64,000 nt of DNA, taken from Paenibacillus allorhizosphaerae. GTDB taxonomy: Bacteria; Bacillota; Bacilli; Paenibacillales; NBRC-103111. The DNA is taken from the NCBI RefSeq assembly GCF_910594985.1, contig NZ_CAJVCE010000016.1, forward strand, positions 97,726 to 161,725, given 5' to 3'. The notes below the pieces were generated by a model. It did no database searches and was not told the origin of the DNA. It saw only the letters and a program-made list of their open reading frames with translations. Of the stretch, positions 21,493 through 30,577 are shown piece by piece (positions within the stretch are counted from its first letter, which is position 1; the number at the start of each line of letters is the position of its first letter). The translations under genes and the position numbers were made by a program.

Positions 21493-22737
21493 ATGGACAT
21501 TGAAAAAGCCATCGCATTTTTTAAGAAAAATGCTGCCGGTTATGAACGATTGTTTGAAGAAATGATCAAAAAATACCGTTCGTATGGGCGGATCGCCGGA
21601 GAGATTACGCTGGAGATTTTGAAGCCTGAGGAGCGACGCGCCATCAGTGAATTTTTCCGAAGCGTCGACGAGCCCAAAGAACCGTATAAAATGAAACTAG
21701 TAAAGTTCGAGAAGATGCTGGCAAATTCGGTGTTTGACGGCATTACCTTAAAAGAGCTGCTGGATGCTTATGCAGGCGAAGAACTGATCTCGAACAAACA
21801 GGCAAGGGAGGACAAACGGTCGCAGCAGCAGCTCTTTTTTGACCGGCTTACTACGGCAGCTGCTAACGCTAACGTCCAAGCGGTGCTGGCGCAGCCGCCG
21901 CGATCCTACATCCGGCTGTACGAGGAAGATGAGCATAAAGCAAAGACCATTCTTTCCTTGGTACTTGAGGCGCTGGCGGCACTCCCCTTACACGGGTACG
22001 AGCGGCTGCCTATGTTTGCCGAGAAAATCACAAAGGACCCTCATGCGTTCGATCCGGACGTGTGGGGGAAATATCTGATCGACGGACTCAAGTTGCTATT
22101 TGACGCACCCGAAGAAGACGAGAGTGAACTACTGGTGGCAGCCGGGATTTTGAAAGATGATATCCATAACTTTGTCAGCGCAAGCGGACTTATTTCTAAT
22201 TTTTCTTTCTGGCAGATCGCAAGCGAGGAAGGCTGCATACTGAACGTTCCCTTACGGGAAGCCATAAAACTGACCTTTGCCGCCCCGGCGCATGGAAAAG
22301 ATGTTTTTGTGGTGGAAAACTCCGGGGTGTTTTCGGCACTCCTCGACCGAATGAAGAATGGGCCCATGCCGCCGCTGCTCTGCCTGCACGGGCAGCCGAA
22401 AGAAAGTTCGCTGATTCTCTTGGACCGCCTGGCAGAGAGCGGCGTGACGATTCACTATGCCGGTGACTTCGACCCGGAGAGCTTGATGATTTGCGAGCGG
22501 CTGTGGCAAAGATACGGAGAGCACTTCACTTTGTGGCACATGGACCGGATCTCGTACGACACGTGCCTTTCACTCGTTGAGCTCTCGACCCGGCGTCTTT
22601 CCATGCTGAAGAACGTGCAGATGCCTGATTTACATGAGGTGAAAGAACGCATGCTGGAGGCTGGTCGCGCGGGCTATCAAGAGCGGCTCGTGCCGCGGCT
22701 GCTGAAAGACCTCAATAACGAAAGAGAGGTGCTTTAG
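21493..22737 (+). CDS. jetD: Wadjet JetD (Toprim/DUF2220 nuclease subunit).
   Basis: 414-aa ORF with a C-terminal Toprim-like YAGDFDPESL motif. It is the last gene of the operon. A hairpin plus T-tract terminator lies at 22713-22742. Confidence 0.85.
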   Translation: MDIEKAIAFFKKNAAGYERLFEEMIKKYRSYGRIAGEITLEILKPEERRAISEFFRSVDEPKEPYKMKLVKFEKMLANSVFDGITLKELLDAYAGEELISNKQAREDKRSQQQLFFDRLTTAAANANVQAVLAQPPRSYIRLYEEDEHKAKTILSLVLEALAALPLHGYERLPMFAEKITKDPHAFDPDVWGKYLIDGLKLLFDAPEEDESELLVAAGILKDDIHNFVSASGLISNFSFWQIASEEGCILNVPLREAIKLTFAAPAHGKDVFVVENSGVFSALLDRMKNGPMPPLLCLHGQPKESSLILLDRLAESGVTIHYAGDFDPESLMICERLWQRYGEHFTLWHMDRISYDTCLSLVELSTRRLSMLKNVQMPDLHEVKERMLEAGRAGYQERLVPRLLKDLNNEREVL

Positions 22738-22742
22738 CTCCT
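22713..22742 (+). terminator. Rho-independent terminator after jetD.
   Basis: AGAGAGGtgctttagctCCTCTCT followed by TTTTTT. Confidence 0.7.
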
Positions 22743-23381
22743 CTCTTTTTTGCGCTGCAGCTTGTTTTCCTTTTTCTCCTCTGCAGGAATTTATGTTGAA
22801 TGTTGGAGAAGCACTTATCATCGTAGTAGCGTACCGGAGGGATAACTTTTTAGCATGACATATGAGGAACGAACAAAACGGTTGCAGCAATTTTGAATAC
22901 GGATCAAGTTGTTTAAGTTGCTGGAAGTGAAGAGGGAGAGATCGTTGGATTTGCCAATTGTTGCAAATGCGTTCGGAGCATCCGATTTATAAGGTTTATA
23001 CGCTTTACATTTTGGAAGCTTTAAGCGGCTTGTAGAATCGGTTATGGATGGGGTATTGTGCAAATAGGTGTACATATCATGTCGAGGGGCGATGGAGGAT
23101 AAACAGGCGAGGGCTATGGTCGGGAAGGAATGGCCAGTGGGAATGGTAAATGAATGTTTTGTTGCAAAAAGCGGAACCGATGAGGATACATGGTGACATT
23201 AGAGCAAGCATATAAGATTAGAAGGAGTCTTGTATGGCGTGATCTTTAGCATTACATTGGAGAACTTGAAATATTATTCTAATTTCAGATATAGTCAATA
23301 GTCTTATAGTAGGAAAGATATTCCATATCTATTACTTTTGTAATATAATAGGTTTATTATCTATACAGATGAGGGATAACA

Positions 23382-24029
23382 ATGACTGATAAGCTGGATG
23401 GCGGGAAAATGAAGATCGACAAGCCATTTTATAAGAAATGGTGGTTTTGGGTTGTCGCGGTGATTGTGGTTTTTGTGGCGATTGGTAATAAGCCAGAAGA
23501 CAAGACTACCCCAAGAAATACGGTGGCCGAAGCTGTAATAGCCAAACAAAATGCCGATGCAGAAAAAGCAGAAAAAGCAAAACAGGCAGAAGTAAAGAAA
23601 GAGCAGCAGCCTGTAATCGCTAAGCTTGATGAAGAAGTGAAGGCTAAAAATTTATCGTTCGTAGTTTCTGAACCAAAGATTACGAATGTAATTGGTAAGA
23701 ATCAATTTCTTCAAAAGAAAACAGAAAACCAATATGTAGTAGTAAAGATAAAGGTCACTAATAATGACAAAGACGCAAGAACAATTGACTCCAATATGTT
23801 TAAAATCAAAGATTCTGCCGGAAAAGAGTATAGTGCTGATTCAGGTGCAGACATATACATTAATGAAAGTGGAAATACATTTTTCTTAAAAAAAATAAAC
23901 CCTGGCTTAACGGCAAGCGGTCACGTTGTTTTTGAAATGCCAAAAGATTTAAAGGGATTAGTCATTACTTGCGATAGTGGTATTGGATTTATGGCAGGCG
24001 CTACAGCGGTTGTTGATCTAGGAATATAA
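23382..24029 (+). CDS. Membrane-anchored DUF4352-like protein.
   Basis: N-terminal TM (WWFWVVAVIVVFVAI), a Lys/Glu-rich linker and a C-terminal beta-rich domain resembling DUF4352 (YVVVKIKVTNNDKDARTIDSNMFKIKDSAGKEY). Confidence 0.5.
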   Translation: MTDKLDGGKMKIDKPFYKKWWFWVVAVIVVFVAIGNKPEDKTTPRNTVAEAVIAKQNADAEKAEKAKQAEVKKEQQPVIAKLDEEVKAKNLSFVVSEPKITNVIGKNQFLQKKTENQYVVVKIKVTNNDKDARTIDSNMFKIKDSAGKEYSADSGADIYINESGNTFFLKKINPGLTASGHVVFEMPKDLKGLVITCDSGIGFMAGATAVVDLGI

Positions 24030-24125
24030 AGGATGATGTGATTTCTTATTCAGATTGCGACTATAGTTATTGGTTTTACATAACTAAAGGCAGAAACAGA
24101 AGCCATAAGAAAAATAGGACGGTGA

Positions 24126-25010
24126 ATGCATATGCGGATTGCAACATCTAATAGTTTCGGAAAATTGAAAAAAGTTATTCTATCCGGCGTTGTTTTAATG
24201 ATGTTTGCAAGCGTAGTAAGCGCTTCAAGTATTAACGGAGATTACAATGGATATCCCATCGTAAATCTTAACGTCAACAGAGAATTGATATCTAGTGACG
24301 TACCCGCTATAAATGTTGATGGGACTGTATTAATTCCATTAGAAGCCGTTAAAGGAATATTTGCTAAAGTTGATTGGGATGAAGAAACTCAAACTGCTAC
24401 GATACTTGGGAAGACTGATTTCAAAAGTATGTCCAAGTTGTTTAATGGACTTTTGAAAGCAACTGGCATTGATGCAAAGCTAACAATTGAACTTAGCGAA
24501 GAATTAGGTATTATGCAATACGTGTATAATTCAAGCGGCAATGCTGATACGGATCGTACAAACATTCTAGTAATGGCGAGCCTCCTTACTTCGTTAAACA
24601 CTCCGCTTGATGGAGTATCCATTCAGATTTATAAAGATCAAGCTTATCAAGCAAGGGTCACGGTAGGCTATTCAGACATAAAAAAGTTTACTGATAACCA
24701 GATATCTCAAGATGAATTTTTAAAACTATGGCTAGTCCAAAACGCGCCAACAATAACCGTACCATCTACGCCTTCAACGCCACAAATAACTAGTAGCGTC
24801 ATCGAAAGCAGAATCGACGGAGATTTTAACGGGTGGGATGGGACTACAATATTCAAATTGCAGAACGGACAAATCTGGCAACAAGATGATTATAAAATAA
24901 GAGTCGCTATAAAATTAAGTCCAAAGGTAATCATCTATAAAAGTGGCACACGTTACAAAATGAAGGTTGATGGTATCGACGATGAAATATATGTTAAGAG
25001 GCTCAAATAG
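24126..25010 (+). CDS. Secreted protein with a copper-amine-oxidase N-terminal-like domain.
   Basis: Signal peptide (VVLMMFASVVSASS). The motif GTVLIPLEAVKGIFAKVDWDEETQTATILG resembles the CuAO N-terminal 'stalk' domain found in Bacillus cell-wall proteins. Confidence 0.5.
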   Translation: MHMRIATSNSFGKLKKVILSGVVLMMFASVVSASSINGDYNGYPIVNLNVNRELISSDVPAINVDGTVLIPLEAVKGIFAKVDWDEETQTATILGKTDFKSMSKLFNGLLKATGIDAKLTIELSEELGIMQYVYNSSGNADTDRTNILVMASLLTSLNTPLDGVSIQIYKDQAYQARVTVGYSDIKKFTDNQISQDEFLKLWLVQNAPTITVPSTPSTPQITSSVIESRIDGDFNGWDGTTIFKLQNGQIWQQDDYKIRVAIKLSPKVIIYKSGTRYKMKVDGIDDEIYVKRLK

Positions 25011-25045
25011 TCATTAATGAAGTAATTACATAATAGAACGTTCAA

Positions 25046-25594
25046 GTGGGGATGCCGATGACAATAAGAATGAAAGCTAGCTTGATTTTCTTAGCAGGAT
25101 TGGTATTGACACTACTATCATTCTTTTACTTCTATAATACATTGCAGTTAGATATTCAATCCATCGAGGATCAGAGGAATAAAGATCGTGCCGCCTTTGC
25201 AGAAGCGAGAAAGGCGGCCGATGCGGAAGCTGCTAAACAACGGGACGCAGAGATAAAAAGGTATGAAGAAGAATCAAAGGCGTCAATTGAGCAACAAAAG
25301 AAAGAAATTGAAGATAAATATAAGTCACGTGTCGGTGATAGATACGCTGAAATAATGAAGGATTTGGAGCTTAGTAATCTAAGACCTAAAGGCGTTGAAC
25401 TCCCGAAATTGGGTAATTCTAATAATGTAATGACTGGAGAGTTTGGGCCAGATAAACATAGCGAGGAAATAAAAAGGCTAGAGTCAAATTTTAAAGGCAC
25501 GATTATGTACCACGTATTAATAGCGGTTTTTCTAATAATAACTGAAATTATTATGCTAATAGTACTTCCTAGATCAGCTAATGAGCAACACTGA
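25046..25594 (+). CDS. Membrane coiled-coil protein.
   Basis: N-terminal TM, a charged coiled-coil (AEARKAADAEAAKQRDAEIKRYEEESK) and a C-terminal TM. Confidence 0.4.
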   Translation: MGMPMTIRMKASLIFLAGLVLTLLSFFYFYNTLQLDIQSIEDQRNKDRAAFAEARKAADAEAAKQRDAEIKRYEEESKASIEQQKKEIEDKYKSRVGDRYAEIMKDLELSNLRPKGVELPKLGNSNNVMTGEFGPDKHSEEIKRLESNFKGTIMYHVLIAVFLIITEIIMLIVLPRSANEQH

Positions 25595-26242
25595 CTAACC
25601 AATATATCGTTGTACAAGCTGGCAAAGAGATTTGATTAACGCCGAGGACATCGAGGAATATCCCAGCTTCCGGGATGAGCCCAGGGGCAAGCCGCAGTTT
25701 GTTTCCGATTCGTTTTTTTCTGTCGGGGAATGGGATAAAGTTCTTGTCAACCGACCGACAAAAAATCGAGGATGATCGATACTTTAATGTTTTAACTAAA
25801 TTTAAGATTTAATCATATTAAGTAACTTGATATCTGTTCGGCGACACAAACATGTGCGCTTTCATCGAATTTCAGATCGATTGTTTGCGGCCATGTCAGC
25901 TAGCGACAGGACAACCCGTTGGAGTGGCGCCCGAAGCTTTCGCGTTCGCACGAATCCGGAGAGGGACGCGAACCTCAAAAGGGCCATATACATACTGCAT
26001 GCAGGCTGGGCCGGGGGAGTTGCTACCCTGGCCCATTCGTGTTTATCATTTTGACAAGACGCCAATGCACAATGCGCCATTCATCGGCATAGCCGGGTCA
26101 AACGGAGCTTATAATTACGAACGAATGTTCTGAAAAATGATTCCGGAATCTTTAAGGTTTTACTTTTTAGGAAAATAGTACTACCCAAATAATCCTATTC
26201 CGTATAAAATTGTTATGGAATAACCATATGGAGGAGATAGAT

Positions 26243-27019
26243 TTGAAACGTAAGCTACTTATCGCGTCTGCCTTATCAGTAATTATCGTTACTTCAATGT
26301 CGTTTGGTGCCTTCGCTGCTTCGAACCTTGATGAAATCTCTGCTTACCTTAATAAGGGGTTAAACCTTAAACTCAATGGTAAAGCGTGGCAGCCTAAAGA
26401 TGAGGAAGGGAACGCACTCTATCCTATTTCATATAATGGAAATACATATCTACCGGCACGAGCAGTTGCTGAAGCTCTCGGCACAGCAGTCGGTTACGAC
26501 AGCGCAACAAATACGGTACTTATTGGCGGGCAAGCCGATTCGAAACCGGCAGGCACACCTGGAAAATCGCGAAGCAACCCCGCACCAATCGGACAGAAAG
26601 TTGACTTCACTGTTAATGATCTTTTGAATGATTATTCCGGAACGCTATCAGTTGATCAAGTAATTCGAGGAGAAGAAGCCTGGAAAATGATTTCCTCGGC
26701 CAATAAGCTTAACAATTCTCCGAAGGATGGTTATGAATACGTATTGGCAAAAGTCAGCATTAAAGTATCAAGCAGCAAGAATAAAGACAAACAAATTGAC
26801 GTGAGCCCGGTTGACTTCTCTATGATATCCTCGGAGGGAAAGGATTATGAACGGGCGATTGTTGTAGAACCTAGTCCAACAGTTAGAACAAAGCTTTATG
26901 AAGGCGCATCGCACACTGGATGGGCAGCATTCTTAGTCAAAAAGGATGACCAGAACCCGGTTATCTCTTACGGCCGGAAGTATGATGGCAGCGGCGGAGT
27001 TTGGTTCTCGACGATGTAA
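26243..27019 (+). CDS. Secreted protein with CuAO-N-like and DUF4352-like domains.
   Basis: TTG start after a GGAGGAG RBS gives a clean signal peptide (MKRKLLIASALSVIIVTSMSFGAFA). The motif YLPARAVAEALGTAVGYDSATNTVLIGG is present. The C-terminal domain is DUF4352-like. Confidence 0.5.
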   Translation: MKRKLLIASALSVIIVTSMSFGAFAASNLDEISAYLNKGLNLKLNGKAWQPKDEEGNALYPISYNGNTYLPARAVAEALGTAVGYDSATNTVLIGGQADSKPAGTPGKSRSNPAPIGQKVDFTVNDLLNDYSGTLSVDQVIRGEEAWKMISSANKLNNSPKDGYEYVLAKVSIKVSSSKNKDKQIDVSPVDFSMISSEGKDYERAIVVEPSPTVRTKLYEGASHTGWAAFLVKKDDQNPVISYGRKYDGSGGVWFSTM

Positions 27020-27305
27020 GATACTGGTGGGAACAAGAAATCCCCGCGGGCCATTGAATTGCACCCTTTAGAACATTGGAAAAAACCTTAGGTTATCCGA
27101 TGGATTCTAGGGGTGCATTTTTATGGCGAAGACTGGCACCCGGCAACTGCAGCCCCTATCCAAACTCCATTTTCAATCGCATTGATATGTGCTTAACCGT
27201 TTTGCGACACTAACATATGCGCATGTTACTAATATAGCTTATATTTCCAGTAATTTCGTTGTCCGATATATACGAAAATGGTAGAATTATGGGTAGACTG
27301 GAGGC

Positions 27306-28604
27306 GTGTATATGCATGAGAGCGAGTGGTTGCCGCAGCTATTATCTAAGCATGATTTGCTGCAGATATGCAACCTGTTTAATTTGTCTGTGCCTGGATT
27401 TCGAAGCGACAAGCTATCCAGCAGACCCGAAGAACAACTGAGGCTCATCGTCACACAGGCGCTAAAAAATGGCATTGGGGCAAAGAAAAACGGGAGCGGA
27501 AAAATACTCACAGAAACGTTTTTTTCTAAAATTGTCGACGAGATGGATGATTTGATTCAACCTCAATGGAAAAACTTAAGTTTTGAAAGTATAGTGGATG
27601 AACTTGATATATCCGTTGCCATTCGTCCCTATCAAAAATTGGCTTTTATTCGTGAGTGGTTCCCTGACAAATACGCCAGCCACGTAGAAACAATTCGTCA
27701 AAACGTCATCGAAAAACAGGAATTGTTTCACAGCATTTCAAAAATTAATGACAGCGATTTCGTCGACCGCATCATCCAAGATCTCAAGAAGGACGTAGAT
27801 TTCCCCGAATCTAATGAATACCTTCAATTCATTGAGCAGATCGGGGTGACGGCGCGGTGGGAACAGATCAAGAGCACCCTTGCAGGAAAACATACTGATC
27901 GCGAGCGCTTGATGTTTATCTCTGGTCTGACTTCACTTGACCGTTTCTTGGGAATTATCGCAGTAAAAGACGACTACGAACCTTTACGACCAGTGGCCTA
28001 CAGCCTTTACGTAAAGGAACGCGAGAAAGCATACCAAAGTGAATATGCAAGGGTTTACGACGAAAGCGCTGCCACGATGCAGCTAGCGACCAGACTAACC
28101 AAAGAGCTTGAAGAACAAACTGACGAAAATACGAAATTAACAGAACAAATAGAGATATTGACATGGGAAATTAAGAGGTTAAAGGATGCGAGGGAAGAGG
28201 ATGTACAACGTGAGGATGCACTTCAGAAAGAGCTGGGAGAACAACGAAAAGCTAGAGAATATGCGGAACAATTTAAGGAGCTTTTTGAGGAACTAGTACC
28301 CGAATCCAGTGAAGCGATGATTATTACAGATAAACCGGACCCGAGAATCAAACAGGTTTTCAATAAGTGTATCTTCTCTAAAAATTTCCTATTAAAAGAA
28401 AAGCTAAACGGAAACATACATAACTTGAAGTCAAAAATTTGGTTCATTGATCGGCAATCGTTTCGAAGTACAAGGGAATGGGTATTGCTGAAACAGTTTC
28501 TGGACGAAAACGACTTTTTCTATGAGGAATATAACGACTACCTTGAATTGCTGAGGCGCTACATGCAAGTAATTCAAAGCGATGATACGGAGGATTATAA
28601 CTGA
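27306..28604 (+). CDS. Hypothetical protein, first gene of a McrBC-like three-gene operon.
   Basis: 432-aa ORF with no recognisable motifs. A central coiled-coil is present (EEQTDENTKLTEQIEILTWEIKRLKDAREE). Its stop overlaps the start of the next gene (ATGA at 28604), implying translational coupling. Confidence 0.5.
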   Translation: MYMHESEWLPQLLSKHDLLQICNLFNLSVPGFRSDKLSSRPEEQLRLIVTQALKNGIGAKKNGSGKILTETFFSKIVDEMDDLIQPQWKNLSFESIVDELDISVAIRPYQKLAFIREWFPDKYASHVETIRQNVIEKQELFHSISKINDSDFVDRIIQDLKKDVDFPESNEYLQFIEQIGVTARWEQIKSTLAGKHTDRERLMFISGLTSLDRFLGIIAVKDDYEPLRPVAYSLYVKEREKAYQSEYARVYDESAATMQLATRLTKELEEQTDENTKLTEQIEILTWEIKRLKDAREEDVQREDALQKELGEQRKAREYAEQFKELFEELVPESSEAMIITDKPDPRIKQVFNKCIFSKNFLLKEKLNGNIHNLKSKIWFIDRQSFRSTREWVLLKQFLDENDFFYEEYNDYLELLRRYMQVIQSDDTEDYN

Positions 28605-30577
28605 TGACCTTGATAAACGAAAAAATGATAGACGAAAAAACAAAACGAGAGATCAATAGTTGTTACATTTTGGGGCGCCTAGCTGATGAGTCTGATCCTG
28701 ACCATCTCCCGGCGCTTGGGGTTGAGCGAAAGTCAGTAACCAAAAGCAATCGAAATGATGTCGTTGTATTTTATTTGCAGGCAGTAAGTGACGAACCCAA
28801 GCTTTTGAAAAATACACTTGAAAAGCAGCAAAAAGATTGTTATGTATCCTTTGACGACCGAAATTACCGGTACCTGCAGAGTATTAAATACTATGATCAA
28901 ACCGATAAAGTGCAGTACCTGCGTGAGCATCTAGAAGGAAAGCTGATTTTATTCAAACCCAAGCTGTCGGTGAGAAATGACAACACGGGTCACCGCTATC
29001 ATTACAATTTTGATATTGTTTTGGTTTCAGAAGATGCCGCGGAGAACAATTACTATGTGGCGGTCCCTCAGGTAAAAAAAGGTGTACCCGCTGCGCGGTT
29101 CGAGAGATCCTTGGTTGATAAATCGCCGGTCCAACTGCCGGAGTATCCAAGCTATATGGAAGTTCCTGAGTTTATCTTATGTGATGGTCAACTCTATTTT
29201 ATTCCAGAGCAGGATATTTTGGAGACCGGAAATAACATCAACTTGTATTACGCGAGAAAACCGCATCTAATAAAAAAGCTGCCTCTTAGTGAGCTTCAAG
29301 ATTTTTGGGATCACATGAAATGTGCTTACCGGGAGTTAGGTTTCTTGCCTGATCAATATGCAGGCCTTCTGCGCGATAAATTCCATCATCAAGGAAAATC
29401 AATTGTGCAGAATGAGGCGCTTGCGGCAGCACCCAAAAAAGAAGAAAAGGCAAAAATGCCTGAGACGCTCAGCGAATCTGATTTCATTTCTCGGTTAAAG
29501 TTCTTTGCTGAAGACGAAGAATTGATTTATCAGGAAGAGGAAGCACTCGTTAACTTCCATACGGCACTCAAAACAGGCAATATGGCAGTGCTTGGAGGCA
29601 TGAGCGGCACCGGCAAAACGCAGCTCGCGCTGCTCTATGCCAAAGCACTCGGGCTGAAAAAAGACGAAAATCTGCTAATTGTGCCGATTTCGCCTGCCTA
29701 CACAGAGCCATCGGACATCCTTGGGTACCACAATCATCAGATGGGACTATATATGGAAAGCGAAACAGGCTTGGTTTCTTTTTTAGAGCGGGCAAGCCGA
29801 AATAAAAACGAACTGCACATGGTGCTTTTTGACGAGATGAACTTGGGTCAGGTGGAGCATTATTTTTCTCCATTTGTATCCTTGCTCGAGATGCCGAAAG
29901 ATCAGAGAGAACTGCAGCTTTTTAGTAAAGATGCGATTTGTCACAATAAAAATCAAAGCCGTGTGATTCCGATTCAAGATAATGTCCTGTTTGTGGGAAC
30001 GGCTAATTTTGATGAGACGACAAAAGATTTTTCCAACCGTATGCTTGACCGGATGAACGTTATTTTTCTTGAAAAGCTCGGTTTTGGCGCATCGCTGGAG
30101 AAAGAAACGGAGACGAAAGATTTCGATAGGCAAACAAAAGTAAACCGCAAAATCTACCGCGAAGACTGGCTGTCCAAACCTGCTTCCCTTGAGGAGCATG
30201 AAATATCACTCCTAGATCGGCTCCATGAGCTGATGAGAGAATACGATAGTCAGGCCGGCGTAAGTTTCCGAATCGCCAAAGGCATCGGTATGTATCTTTC
30301 GAATATTCCGGAAGTGAGTGAAGGGAATCCTTTTGTTACAAGACAAACGGGTCTCGATTACCAAATCAAGCAGCGCATTCTCACAAAAATCCGTGGTCAT
30401 CGGGAACAAATCCAGGAGCTGGTCGGCACGTACGAGCTGGACAGTAACAAATATCAGCCTGGACTTATCGCCCGTTTGCTGATGGAAGAAGGGGATGGTG
30501 AAGAAGAATTTAAATCATCTATCAATTTCTTAAAGCAAAAAGCCAAGGAGATTACGAGGAACGGGTATGCGTTATAA
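28604..30577 (+). CDS. Divergent McrB-like AAA+ (AAA_5) NTPase with a novel ~330-aa N-terminal domain.
   Basis: Walker A is LGGMSGTGKTQ and Walker B-like is MVLFDEMNLGQVEHYF. The segment VLFVGTANFDETTKDFSNRMLDRMNVIF parallels the McrB NTAD...RRRF region. The N-terminal ~330 aa are unassigned. Confidence 0.65.
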   Translation: MTLINEKMIDEKTKREINSCYILGRLADESDPDHLPALGVERKSVTKSNRNDVVVFYLQAVSDEPKLLKNTLEKQQKDCYVSFDDRNYRYLQSIKYYDQTDKVQYLREHLEGKLILFKPKLSVRNDNTGHRYHYNFDIVLVSEDAAENNYYVAVPQVKKGVPAARFERSLVDKSPVQLPEYPSYMEVPEFILCDGQLYFIPEQDILETGNNINLYYARKPHLIKKLPLSELQDFWDHMKCAYRELGFLPDQYAGLLRDKFHHQGKSIVQNEALAAAPKKEEKAKMPETLSESDFISRLKFFAEDEELIYQEEEALVNFHTALKTGNMAVLGGMSGTGKTQLALLYAKALGLKKDENLLIVPISPAYTEPSDILGYHNHQMGLYMESETGLVSFLERASRNKNELHMVLFDEMNLGQVEHYFSPFVSLLEMPKDQRELQLFSKDAICHNKNQSRVIPIQDNVLFVGTANFDETTKDFSNRMLDRMNVIFLEKLGFGASLEKETETKDFDRQTKVNRKIYREDWLSKPASLEEHEISLLDRLHELMREYDSQAGVSFRIAKGIGMYLSNIPEVSEGNPFVTRQTGLDYQIKQRILTKIRGHREQIQELVGTYELDSNKYQPGLIARLLMEEGDGEEEFKSSINFLKQKAKEITRNGYAL

